Notes under the pieces: model-generated
The model's input: only the letters and a program-made list of their open reading frames with translations
The model's database searches: none
Told to the model about the DNA's origin: nothing
In this document: one piece after another, positions 46,990 through 58,883 of the stretch
How the letters are laid out: each line of letters starts with the position of its first letter
Position numbering within the stretch: position 1 is the first letter of the stretch
Translations under genes and position numbers: made by a program
Assembly (NCBI GenBank): GCA_964019335.1
Contig: OZ025653.1
Location: 62,001 to 126,000, forward strand
Source of the DNA: Diplonema japonicum
Lineage: Eukaryota > Protista > Euglenozoa: Diplonemea
Reading direction: 5' to 3'
DNA: 64,000 bases

Positions 46990-47445
46990 CTACGACTTTC
47001 GTAGAGAATCCTCCCACGTCAAACGGGGCTTCAATGTGCGTCTAGGACTTCCCTTCCTTGACGGTGTCCCAGGTCTGTGGTGTTCTGACTGCGGTGTTGA
47101 CACTGCACGTTGTGTCGTGAGCCCAGCCTTCTGAACGACTCTCTCAAGTTCGCTGCACCGCCTATTCGTGTCGCGCAGTTCTACTGTCAGGTGCTCTACC
47201 TGTGCCTGCAAATGGCGAACAAGCTGCTCCATGCCATTCCCCATCCCCCTCTCATGTGAGTTGTGTGGGATGCTGCGCGTGGGGCTTGATGTACCTACAG
47301 GGCGCCCTTGAAGAAGGCCCATGGCTGCATCCATCTCAGCATGTATTCCTTTGACGAAGTCACTCTGCGGAGTTCGTGCTGTGCTTTTGTTATGAGCCGT
47401 GTGCTCATCAAAGTAATCAGCGGACAGTGTGTTTGGTGTGTGCAT
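46990..47445 (-). CDS. Small hypothetical coiled-coil protein
   Basis: 151-aa ORF with heptad segment 'LVRHLQAQVEHLTVELRDTNRRCSELERVV'; 5' end uncertain (possible upstream exon from ATG near 47470). Confidence 0.55.
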   Translation of the reverse strand: MHTPNTLSADYFDEHTAHNKSTARTPQSDFVKGIHAEMDAAMGLLQGRPVGTSSPTRSIPHNSHERGMGNGMEQLVRHLQAQVEHLTVELRDTNRRCSELERVVQKAGLTTQRAVSTPQSEHHRPGTPSRKGSPRRTLKPRLTWEDSLRKS

Positions 47446-47522
47446 GTTTCTTCACACCTGGCGTGAGCATGTGGTGCTTGGCCTCAGAAGAATACAACAA
47501 CTACCAATGTGTCGCTCGTAAC

Positions 47523-48984
47523 TTAAAGGTTCTCTAACATCTTTGAAAAATGATGCTGCAGCTTCTTGTCGACACTCAAGGTCGACGCTGCCCACACGAT
47601 GTTCGACAGCTCCTCTACAGAGAGCTCACCGTTCTGTTCGCGTGACCATAATGAAACCAATTTGAACAACTGTAATTAATGTGAATATGCTTATGCTCGT
47701 ACCTTCTTCGAGTTTGCTGCCCTTGAACTGGCAAGAGCCCACGCAAACCGTGCCATGTTTTGTGGAACCTTTCGCTTGTGGTGCAGCCGCTGTGCTATCT
47801 CCATCTGTAAGGTGTCGCTCGCGACTTGTACCTGTTTCTGTGTTACGTTACAGTCGTCATACCTCAGCATAGGACGCCATCAGGTCCACCAGCCTTCTTT
47901 CGGTGTAATTGCTCAGGCTTTGCCAGTTGTTCTCAGCAAGGTAGCTGACAATAGCGTTCAGTAGCTCCTCGTCCCGATGCTTCAAAATAGACAATGCCCA
48001 CGTCACGTTAGCGGGGATCAAGCCATCAAAGTCATACCGATGCTTCAACTGCGTACAGGTGTCAGTCACAAAACCAGAGAGAGGCGCAGAGTGAGAAGCA
48101 TCTATTTGGGCTACGCTCCATAACATGAGCGAGAGATTCCACGAAGAGCAGCTTCTTAAATGAACAGCCTGTGCAATATGTGGAACTATCCCCTCGTCAA
48201 GCTGCAGAGTCACAATTGCCCACATCAGTGGTGCGGCTTGCGCCTCTCTAAACTCTTCCTTGTCCGCAAGAAGCTCACGCAATCTCTTCATCACTAATAC
48301 ATTAAAGTCCTTATTGGAGTACTGCAGAGTAGCGAAAGCCCACAAAGCGTCTGTGACAGTCTTTACAGGTGCGCACCCTACCTGTGCAGAAAGCCTATAG
48401 GCAAGGGTGCTCATCAGGTTCGTATTCCGCTGGCTTGCACTTGCATGTGCTCGCAGCAGTCTTGTCACATCCGGCGCCGTCATGTGCCACCCTACCAACG
48501 GGTCAAGCTTGAGAACGTGAGCTCCCAACTTATTGTACAACTCTGCTGAATAGTACCTCATCAGAGACAAGGTGAACAGCACCTCGCTAGTTTGTGATAA
48601 CGAAAATGACTTGTGCTTTGTGATAACCATATCACACAGGAGCCCAGCCTTCTGGTCCGAGATCTTCCAGTTCATGTACCGCATAGACAGCAGGAGGTCG
48701 GCTACTTCATTGGGGCGGAACTCCGAAACCCTTCTGCTGGCTATGCTGAACAGCTTTTCCAACAGACGTGCATGTACCACCCTAGCTTTCGAAAAGTGCG
48801 ACACTGTCCTCACAATGTCCGGGGGCTTCATTGTGTCCAGGTTTTGTTCAACCGCTGCGTCACCAAGCTTATTGAAGAGAGCCTTTGTACCTTTGCCCCC
48901 GCGCTGTAAGAGTTGGACGTGCTCCCTTAGCAAGTTCTGCGAATGCCAGACAAGATCCCGCGGGGTTCGTACAACGAAATTCAT
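47523..48984 (-). CDS. HPR/OPR-type (FASTK-like) helical-repeat RNA-binding protein (~465 aa), no RAP domain visible
   Basis: Repeats such as 'TDALWAFATL', 'ANVTWALSIL', 'PQNMARFAWALAS', 'LSNIVWAASTL'; introns 47832-47862 and 47670-47702. Confidence 0.75.
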
Positions 48985-49055
48985 TTGCTTAACATCTTCC
49001 TGTAGTGTGGTGCACGAAAGGAGGAAGTGAAATACTATCTACAAGGTTACAGACC

Positions 49056-52000
49056 TCAAGAGAGGCCATCGGGTAAAGGCATGGAACGTGGAGTGCTCCT
49101 CGGAAGAAAGCTGAAATCAAAGGAGGGGGAGACAGGTGACCCAGGGCTAAGATCCGAGAGCATTTGCTTGTTCTGCATAAGCAGCTCACGTTGCGAAGCA
49201 ATCTGTGCATTGATACTACCGGGAGACCCTTTGGCGTGTGCCTGCTTTTCGGCCAGCTCTTTGTTTAATCTCATGTCAGACTGCATTAGCTGTGACTTGA
49301 GCTGATGCACCTTCTGTTGTTCAGCAGTAAGCTTCTCTTGCAAGGAAGTGATCTGCTTTTGAAGACGCGCCCTTTCTGTTCTAAAAGTATCAGCCTGCTT
49401 GTCAGTATCTTGTGCTGTCTCCTCCATGACGGACAATGCGTGCTGTAGCTCGAGAGAGTGCTTCTCAGTGGCTGCCAACTGCTGTTGTGTTGTACTGTTC
49501 TGTTTACGCAGTAATTCAAGACTGGACCTTTCACTAGACAGGTTGGCCTGGCACGCCTCCTTCTCTCTGGTCAGCTCCTCAACACAGTACGCCAGTTCAT
49601 CTACCTGTTCCTGCATTTTGTTCAGCCTTCTGTTTGACTCGAGATCGATGTCAATGCGCTTCTTAGATTCTTGCTCGATAATCTGGTTCTGCATGGCACT
49701 CAGCTCAGCAACCGCAATTTTTAGATTAGCATTCTCATCTTGCAAGTCGCTGCACTGTGACTGCAGTTCTTCTTTTTGAGACGACAACAGCTCGTTCTGC
49801 CTCTCAAGAGCACCCGTTACAGAGCTGCTGCTTTGCTCCACGCCTTGCATCGACGTCTCCAGGTAACCCGTTTTCTCCTTCGCAACAACCAGCTGCATTT
49901 CAACTTCTGCTAACCATTGGTCCTTTTCCTTTAACTCTCGTGACTTCTGCTCGTATAAGCCCTGTGCACGGTGGCAATGCGGTAAAGACTGCATACCTCG
50001 TACTTTTGCAGAAGTTCGTTATCGTGCTGCTTCTTCACATTCTCAATCTTCAGTATTTGTACCTCTTTTCGGCAGTCATCTAGCTTGGCCTTTAGCTCGT
50101 CTCTGTCGCTCGATAGTAAGAGTTGCTGCTGCTGCATGGCTTCTTTGAACTGCGTAATCGTCCCTGCTTGGCTCTCCTGCTGCTTCTTGGCTTCAATCCT
50201 GTCGGCTTCCCTTATACCTGTAAGTGACGCATGCTGCTTAGCAGCGTCCTTTACCCGCATCTCCAGTCCGTGCACAGAAGCCTTTGTTGTGGACAACTCC
50301 CTCTGGAGCGCTACGATGCGCTCGTCTGCAGACGCCTTCTGCGTCTTCAGCGTGCTTAATTCTTGTGTGCGCATCTCCTGTGCGAATGTGAATAATGAAC
50401 TACTTGAAGCATACCAACTGTGATTTCAAGCCGATGAGTGTCAAGGACGAATCCTTCTCTGCAGAGAGAGCAGAAGACTCGGCATGGTTGATTTTCATCT
50501 GCATCTCATGAGTATTGACCGAAAGGCGTCTTTCAAGCCCTAGGATCTGCGTCTGTCTCTCCTGTCGCTCTTCTTGCATGCTGTTATAAGCCTGCTCTAG
50601 CCTAGCAGCCTCCGCTTGGGCGTTGGTGGCCACAATCTCCAACTGCTGCATTTCTAATTTAAGCTTGGTACCCACCTCTCGCTCATCGGACAGTTGCGTT
50701 GTCAGCGACGACGATACCTGCGAAGAATGGTGGCGCAATTCATCAAGCTGCTTGTGCAAGCTTTGTATCTGTTCCTCCTTCGCAAGGAGAGTGTGCTTGT
50801 CGTACGACATGCTGGTCTCAGCTTCTTTGTTGCGCTGCTCGATATCACGCATCTGCACGCTAGCTGCAGATGTCTCCTTCCTGCTCACCTCAAGAAGCGA
50901 TTGCAGCTCTGATACTTCTTCATGTCTTGCTGCCTGCTCGGCTTGCAACGCTGCCTCCAAGGCCTTAATCTTAGTTGTGGAAGATCTTGAAGCTGCGGTC
51001 GACCTTTCTAATGCAGCTGAGAGCTCTCGTGTTCGGTGCTGTGCCTCGCGACGCTGCTCGTGCAGCTGTGTCGACGACAGACTGCCATCTACCTGCACGG
51101 CGTCGAGCTGGTTCTGCAACTGGTCGATCTTGTTAAATGCATCGACCTTCAACTGCATATTGACCACAGCCTTCTGCGAAGCTGACTGCTCGGCACGTAT
51201 TGTATCCTGCAGCTTGGTCCTCGTTTGAGACAGCTCCTTCTTGTGCTTACTCATCAATAGATCCTGTGCAGCAAGATCGTCTCGAAGAAGTGAAGATGTG
51301 TGTTCTGCCGCATTTAATGCCTCGTTGAGCTTGTCTAGTTGTGTGCCTTGAGATGACACTTTGGTTTCAAGGGACCTTATCCTGAGAATGTGCTGCTGCA
51401 CCTGTGACCTAAGCAACGCACTTGACTCTTCTGGATCAGCTATGCTTATCTTCGAGAGGTCTAGTGACCTCAGCTTGGCGAGATCAGCACCCAGTGACGA
51501 TGCAGCGGGAATCTCAGAAGGCAGTTCCAAGCAGCTCTTCGTGGCTTCAATACGTGTTAAGCTCTGGTCCCTGAACAGCTGGGATGCCTCCGTTGCCTTG
51601 ACCTTATACTCTTCGCCTAGTTCTTCAATACGCGAAGTGCTCTTTGATACCATTTCTCTGCACAGTTCATTCTCACGCTGCAAAGCATCAACCTGCGACG
51701 CGTACTTCGCTTTCTCCCGCAAAGCGGCTACATACGCTTCATGCACATCGGCACTGTCCTTTGGCTGGGTCAGGTCCAGAGTGTTAATAGCATCTATTCT
51801 TTGCAGCATGGCAAGAGTTCGGCTGTGTTCTTCCTTTGCCTTGAGGCTAGCTCCATCATAAAAGGGATTGGGAGGTACACGAGGCAGACTAGCATTCTCT
51901 ATGTCCAGTGCGCTTACCTTCCCAAGAGACGTACCTCTCAACTCAACAAGTGACAATTCAGCCTTCTTCAGTTCCGCTTGAATTCTGCTCCGCGCATCAT

Positions 52001-53972
52001 CATGGCTCACTTTCTCGCTTGCCAACTGCTGCTGCAACATTCGGATCTCGTTTTGCATGCTCGAAGTGAGAAGTGTTGTATCCTGGCTATGCTTCTCCTG
52101 CACCGTCTGTAGCTCAGTCTCTGCCTGAAGTGCGCGTTGCACCAGAGTAGTGTTTTGCTCGTTCATATCGTTAAGTGCAGCCATGTTCTCTTCGCACTCT
52201 TGCTCGAGGTTCTGCACCCGTCTCGTCAGTGTAGCTACTGTCTCATCTAACGTAGTGATATGGGCACCAGTCACAGCATCCACGGACTGCAGCTTGCAGC
52301 CTGTCTCTTGTATTTGCTTAGTAAGGTGCTCGTTATTTATCTCCAGCTCCGCAACCCTTGCCCAGGTACGTGCTAGATCCTCTTCAAGACTATCCCTCTG
52401 AGAAGAAACCTCGTCCAGTATTCTAATATGGAACTTCCTCCCGTACTCAAGAAGCCACTCCACAACAGTGCTGCATGTCATGCTAGAGTCTACTTGCCTG
52501 CGGAGTGCCGCGACACAATCCCGCATGAAGCTAGACCAGGCATCCCACTCTTGCATAGTGCCACTCTTCGTCTCCAAATTCTTTTCTATCTGTGCCTTCG
52601 CCACATTATGCTTCAGTGTCTCGTCTGTTGCGCTCTGCACCTGTTGCTGTTTTAATATGTCGCCAATAGTGCGCTTGATCTCTGGGATTAGAGGAGCTGC
52701 AGCGTCTCCGTACTTTGCTATCTTTTCTGCCACGGCACACCACACATCGCTGCTGTCGCACTGAGCCGTGTCATCGTCAAATATCTGAATGGTCTCGTTA
52801 AGTACCTTGTTGCATTCCGCCTGTGCGATGGTCTTCCAAGGTAGATGCAGGGGCGGCGCCTGGCCGAGCGACAAGGGCTGCAGCAATGCCTTTACAGCAG
52901 ACACAAGTAACCTCCCAGGGAGGGGGATCCCACTGAGCTGCTTTCCTCTCAGCTTTGAAGACATAGCAGCCCGCACGTCGTGGGGCAGCCCACTCCACCT
53001 CAAGGGAAACAGTGTTTTTACAGCTCGCCGCACATCATTCAGCTTGTCATCTGGCTTCTCGCCAACAGCCCATTCTAAGAAATACGATGCCTCATGGGAC
53101 GGTATCACGTCATCAGGCACTACTACCCATGCAAGACTTGGCATCGACAAAGAGTGAGCCTCAGAGACATTCAGCATGTCTGATATCATGCCGCAATACG
53201 AATGGAAGGCTGAAAGTGATTGCACGCCAGCGGACAGTTTCTTCGGCTGGCATCTAGTGCACCTTACACCTGATGCGTACTGCTTACCACCTTCGCCTAT
53301 TATACATAAACTACCGCACTTGACACAGGCCTTAGGTTCGATGCTCAGGGGTGCAGGCACCCTGACCCTTGCGGCGCGGCGTGGGCTGTATTCCGTGGAA
53401 GCAGCTTCAGATGGAACAGGTGTTGTGGTGTTCGACGCTAATCTGCTCCTGATTTTCAGGGCTTCATCAGCGACGGCCCACCCGCTGGAACGCCGCCTAG
53501 ATGAACTGACTCCATCCATGCTGAAGGATACGTCCTTGTCCTTGTCTTCTCTTAGAACGGGAATCTCTTCTTCTTCGGGCATCACAAAACCGGACATGGA
53601 AGGGAGACAGTATACAACAATGCTGCACATGGAGCATGCTGCGGCAAACAGGCTGGGGGCGGCAGGGTCACCCGGCTGGCATCGAATGTCCATAACTACC
53701 TTCTTGATAACCTCACCGTACTTGTTGGCCACAGGCCGCGACACTATAGCAACGTACACTCCTGAGGCTGATGTGGCAGGCCGTGAGGGAATGTCGTCAC
53801 AGTGTTCGCCCTGCAGCAGGTTGGTGACCACCTCGTCTCTGCAAGAACCTAAGCCCCCTGATATGACTCCTATAATGCCCACCACATCGTTCAGCTCCTC
53901 CAGTTGCCCGATGCCAGGCCCCAAGACGATCTCTCCATACTCGTCGAGGCCAAAGGCCTTGGCGAATGCCAT
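49056..53972 (-). CDS. Degenerate GBP/atlastin-like GTPase domain plus very long coiled coil (~1614 aa)
   Basis: Introns 50378-50414 and 49962-49996. GBP-like blocks 'LFAAACSMCSIVVY', 'PSLAWVV', 'LNDVRRAVKTLFP', 'KQLSGIPLPGRLL', 'WKTIAQAECNKVL'; P-loop absent. Confidence 0.7.
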
Positions 53973-53976
53973 GACC

Positions 53977-54005
53977 CTGTATGCGATAAAGCAAAGAAAA
54001 AAATA
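53977..54005 (-). promoter_or_regulatory. Putative trans-splice acceptor (pyrimidine tract + CAG) 4 nt before ATG
   Basis: Minus strand reads tttttttctttgctttatcgcatacag|ggtcATG, with no obvious cis donor nearby. Similar arrangements at ~13067, ~23108 and ~58598. Confidence 0.55.
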
Positions 54006-54055
54006 CACACATCAAAGGTTAACATAATCTATAATAGCGAATGTCTGTTCTAGTT

Positions 54056-55388
54056 CTAAGGTCTACGGGTAGTGGCTGCTGGAGAACGCGATGAGCCAGT
54101 GCGGCGGATCGTGGGACTACCCCGTGAACTGTCCATCTGAGGGGAGCTGCTCCGCTTGGTCTTCACCATTGAGGAACGTTTGTCAGGGTTCTGCGGCATA
54201 GCAGAAGATGCTTTTGAGACAGCAGACTGCATCATCGAAGGCATCCTGTCGCCCTTATCCACCGGTTGCCCCATATACGTGTCAACAGGCTTTTCGATGA
54301 TAAGCTCAAAGATGATCTCCGGTTTTGCTTCTTCGTCTTTTGACTGTGCTTGCGAGGTTACTAAAAACCCGCCCTTGTTTGCCCTGAGGCCCTCCATAAG
54401 CATGAAGTAGTTGAGACCGATGTCGGGTGACCGCCTGGTGAACGTGTGCCTGATCGTCTTCACTGTCGTCTTCTTTTCATCGTTGTTCTTCAGTGATATG
54501 GTGAGCACAGTGGGGAGCCCCTCCCAGTTAGCAGCCATGAGCCCTGCGTCAACGTTGTGCAGGTAGACGGACAAGAAGGAGCATCTTTCAGTAAAGAGCA
54601 TCCTCCATCGGTCGCCAGACTGCAGGAAGTCAGGGCTAGTGTAGAAACTATCCTTTTTGATTTCGTTGACGTCGCAGCGGAACTGCCACTTGATGGCGCC
54701 GCCTTCCGTCTCGATCTTCTGAAGGACGGGCGGTGGGTGCACTGGGGGGTAGATCCAGTTCGTCAGCCCAAAATAATCAACCTCCTTCCTGAAGGCAGCT
54801 TCTTCTTGAGGGTTGTCAAGCTCCGGGGTCACGTTAGCACGTAAGAATTCGAGTATCATCCTGAAAAACTTTGGGTTCCTGTCAATGAAGCAACAACCAT
54901 CCTTGTCCTTTGCACCGGGAAACTCTGTACCGCTGAACATTGCAGACAGGGTACTCCCTGGACATGATGTCAGAGTGCCTTGCATGCTGCTAATCTTCTC
55001 GCCGCCAACGTTGAGGTTGATGATTGCGTCATCGGGCCTGTCAGACTCGAACAACCTCTGTTTAAAATAGTTCAACGTCTCCCGCTCTGCTGCGAGATTC
55101 TTCCTCTCCCTGTCTATCTGGCTCATGATGCGCTCCTTTCCCTTCTGAAGCGCATCACGTTCCTCGTTCAACTCCTTCAAAACAAGCGCTCTGTGTTGTG
55201 GTAACCTAGACTGTATTGTCCACACCTTGCCTCGACAATCATATCCTGCTTCTTCTTCAGCAATGTCTGAATTTGCGCAATATGCGAATTGACCTGTAAG
55301 TTTTGCGTTAAAAAGTTAAAATCTATCTTCGCACCTCATTGTCAATCGCTTCACCATCGACTGCTCGCAGAGTCTGCTCCGCGTTCAT
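54056..55388 (-). CDS. Coiled coil + KCTD/T1-type BTB + MATH domain protein (~418 aa)
   Basis: Introns 55294-55334 and 55191-55225; BTB 'IINLNVGGE..FIDRNPKFFRMILEFLR..EVDYFGL'; MATH 'TSPDFLQSGDRWRMLF..FLSVYL..HTFTRRSPDIGLNYFM'. Confidence 0.85.
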
Positions 55389-55543
55389 GTTCTCCTAAAT
55401 GCGTAGGGCTGATCAAAGAGCATCAAGACCAAAAAAAAAGGAAGAGAAATATCTTTTGTATGAAACAAATAATAAATAAAAAAAGAAGAAGACAAGTCGA
55501 CGAAGAAGTAAGAAAGAAGAATAAGAAAAAACATTTTGTAAAT

Positions 55544-58500
55544 CTAACAAAAATACTGACGAAATAGGCAAACAAAACTGTGGATAAAATCAGGATTCGA
55601 AAGGAATGCAACGTGCACGGACTTTCCGACCTTGTTGTAAAGTTGTTTCCTTGTTGGAATGGCATACCGCTCTCTCCATTGTAGTCGATAGCTCTTGCCG
55701 CCCGACGGGGTGGAACCGTACGTTAAACCGCAAAACGTTATCACACAACGAGAGGTGCATCGACATGTTCCGAAGCATATCAGCCACAAGCCCAGCCTTT
55801 TGCGTACTTCGGTTGGCAAGAAGGGAGTGAGTTTCGCAGTCCACAGTCGCCGACTGCCGCGAGACATAATTGTCATCCTCAGAGCTCAGGAATACCACAT
55901 TTGTGAACAATCCCATTTTATCAGTGCAGCTCAGCGAATGCAACCCCGGCTGGTCCAGCCGTAGCTGCTTAATATTCGCACTCTGCCTCAAGTTCGACAG
56001 CACCCACAATGCCCCTGACACCCTCATCGACTCAGCATCAGCAACTCCCAAATGAGGGCTGCTTAAAGAAACATAAGTATATAGCAGCGGCAGGTATGGC
56101 TCCATGAGCTTGCTCTGCAACGCAGCCCGTATCAAGACCCCTCCCATTGAGTGCCCGACGAAGCTCAGCTTCCGGAGCTTCAGGTTCTCCTCCCTAATAT
56201 GGTTCGAGACCTCGTGGGCAAATATCTCGCCAAGCTTCTGCAGCTCTTCATCCGACTGGTCCTCCACAGACTTTGCAACCAGAAATTCCACACCGACTGA
56301 CAGCGACAGCGCCATGTGATTCCGCAAGGCACGCAGGTCATACTGATTCCCCTGAAGAAATAATAACGAGGTAAAAAAAGGGAAAGAAAAACATACCTTG
56401 TACCCATGACAGAAAACAATCAGGTGTACCGTGCCCCCTGTGTCTGTTACCTTCTCCTTAGCGATAAATGTGCTCGTCTTGTTAACAAGTTTATCGACAA
56501 GCGGGTCAACGTGCCCATGGGGTGACCCTGCTGCTTCCTCGTCGTCGCTCCAACCAGCCTCGCTCTCTGCAGGAAATACTAGTATTCTTGGTGACAGCAT
56601 ACCTACAACCTTGGCGCCTTGCTTTTGCGACGCCTTTCTGCAGTCACCTCTGCCCTCGCCTACAGGAAGTGTGTGGTTATAGTCATTGCATACCAATCAG
56701 TGTGCCACTAGGGACTCCAAGACTCAGAAGCTGAAATTCAACAAACGTGTGCTGAGGATAGGAGAAGGTGAGAGGGAGGTAAGGGGGCACCACAGAAGGT
56801 GCTTCTTTTATTGTGGCCGTCTTAGGTGTGTCCTTGACCTGAGGCGGCTGGGAACTGATGCAGCGCCGCGAGCGCAGGGTCTCGTTGCGCCAATAGGCAC
56901 GCTTAGCACCTGACATCATTACAGGGGCGCCCTGGGGGATGGCACGGTGCACAAGGTTACACCATATATCTTGCACCTCTGCTGAGAGAGATGTCAACAT
57001 GGAAGCACATGTTATGGCACAAGCCTCTTCCATCCCAACCTGCTCGGCAGTCTCGGGGATGGAGGTGGAGAATTGTGTTGTATAGTGTGCAGTGACGCGC
57101 CGTGTGAGGCCGATGATCTCATCTAACTCGTGTGAGACGCCGTTCGAGAAACACGAGAGTACATCTGTGGGGATGGTCTTGGCATCGTGAAACATGTCGA
57201 TGTCGCAAGGGTGGCACAAGTCCACCGCCAGAGGGGGATCAATTACGGAATCGAGTATGTCGTACCGCTTCAGTAGCGAGCACAGCTCGGGCTTAATAAC
57301 TGTAGTGGACTGCGTGCTTCCCACGGCCTCCCCAGGAACCACACACGGCAGCACCATGCCCCTGTCGAAGTCTGGGTTGCTTGTATCGTCGGTATCACTC
57401 TCTTCGCGCGTTGCAATCGACTCGTTGGTGCTGTTCGGGTCCGCATGTGTAACGGGCCCTTTAATGTTGCCAAGTGCCGATAGTGCGTTAAACCTTTCGT
57501 TCATGTAGCTCATCCTGTCGCGCAGCTTCTCCAAAGCACCTCTCGGCGTCTCGAAGCCGTCTCCGATCAATGCTTGCAGCCATTCCACAGTGTAATAGTA
57601 GGCGTAGATAAGGTATGAGGACAGCACGTGAAAGGTGTCCACTGCAGCTGAGAAGCACTTGTCGTCGCTGTCGATGTTGGTGTTGGAACCTTGGCGGATG
57701 GCCTGCTTGAACGCTTTGTTCCCCAAAGTGTAGTTGGAGTCGGGACCATCCGGTCGGTATTCGAAAGCTACTATACTGCTGTGAACGAGCACCTGGCAGC
57801 AGGCAGCGAACCAGTCAGGCCACATGACAGGGACCCACTCGGTGTGGGGCATGATACCGTTCCTAAGAGGGATGGACCTGCTGGCCACCTTGGTGAATGC
57901 GCTTGAAGGGATTGCTCGAGGTGCTATGCGTACCTCCCTGCCTTCCGGGCACTCCTCTGAAGGAAGCTCTTTGATGACATCACCTTCGACGGACATAGTG
58001 AGCTTCATTCCGTGGTGCTTAAACTGAATGACCCTCTTTCCCTTGCTGATCGCCTTTATGATGGTGGTATAAGCTGTGTCACTGTATGTTTCCCACCTGT
58101 CATCAACCTTACGCTGGTAGCACTCGGTAGGGACCTTCTCTGCGTCCTCCTTGGAACAGTGCCAGAGGTCGAATGTAAAGACTACGTTGTCGCCCCATGT
58201 CCTCACAACCTGCATGGCATCGCATTCCACACGGAAGTGCGCTACCTCGTCGAGCACTTCAATCTGCTCCTGGAATCTCACGAAGAATGTTCGCGTGCAG
58301 AAAGTCTTGTTCTCTGAATCTATGAATCTATCGGGGTAGGTTGGATGGTTGGCGTCCTGCCATTGACCCTGTGCAGTGTTTGAATGAAAGCTAGGTAACG
58401 CATACTCTCCTGCCCGAAGGGTCATTGCAATACATTGCAATCGGCACAGCCGCCTCCTTGTCACCTTGCTCCATCTTCACACCCACCGACACACGATACA

Positions 58501-58576
58501 GCCCTTGTTGCAGAAGGTCGATGTTCCTAAGCTTCAGGAACGAGACCAAAAACTCTATAGTGGCAACGAACGGCAT
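55544..58576 (-). CDS. FAM135: FAM135-like protein with C-terminal DUF676 serine hydrolase (~959 aa)
   Basis: 'LRNIDLLQQGLYRV' N-terminal motif; 'HLIVFCHGYK|GNQYDL', GHSMGG, 'SPHLG'; C-terminus 'VGKSVHVAFL'; introns 58369-58405, 56660-56693, 56352-56396, 55631-55667. Confidence 0.88.
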
Positions 58577-58651
58577 CTCGACCACCCCTCCGGAGGCCTG
58601 AATAGAGGAAGAACATAACGGTGTGATTAGGAAAGAAAAGAAAACTGGTTA

Positions 58652-58856
58652 CGCCTCACATCTCTAAAACCCATTTAGCACCCTTGTGTTCGGAGGACAC
58701 AGAAACCTGCTATTTCGCTATTTCTCAAAACTATATAACCCGTTAGACTCGTGAGTTCTTTTTGACAATTGACCTTTTTGTGCATCTTCCGGTAAAATAT
58801 TGGGAAGAGTCCTCAGAGATAGAAAAGCTAAAAACGGATTTTAGAGATATGGGGCG
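58652..58856. mobile_element. Putative MITE (205 bp) with imperfect TIRs and TTA target duplication
   Basis: CGCCTCACATCTCTAAAA (58652-58669) versus TTTTAGAGATATGGGGCG (58839-58856), 16/18 complementary; TTA on both flanks; weaker inverted similarity continues inward. Confidence 0.6.
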
Positions 58857-58883
58857 TTATCTTTACCCAATTAAGTATCGGAT

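Noticed and set aside
47750-47770. Suspected frameshift in the HPR gene
   Set aside because: Recounting the homopolymer shows the frame is continuous (KVPQNMARFAWALA).
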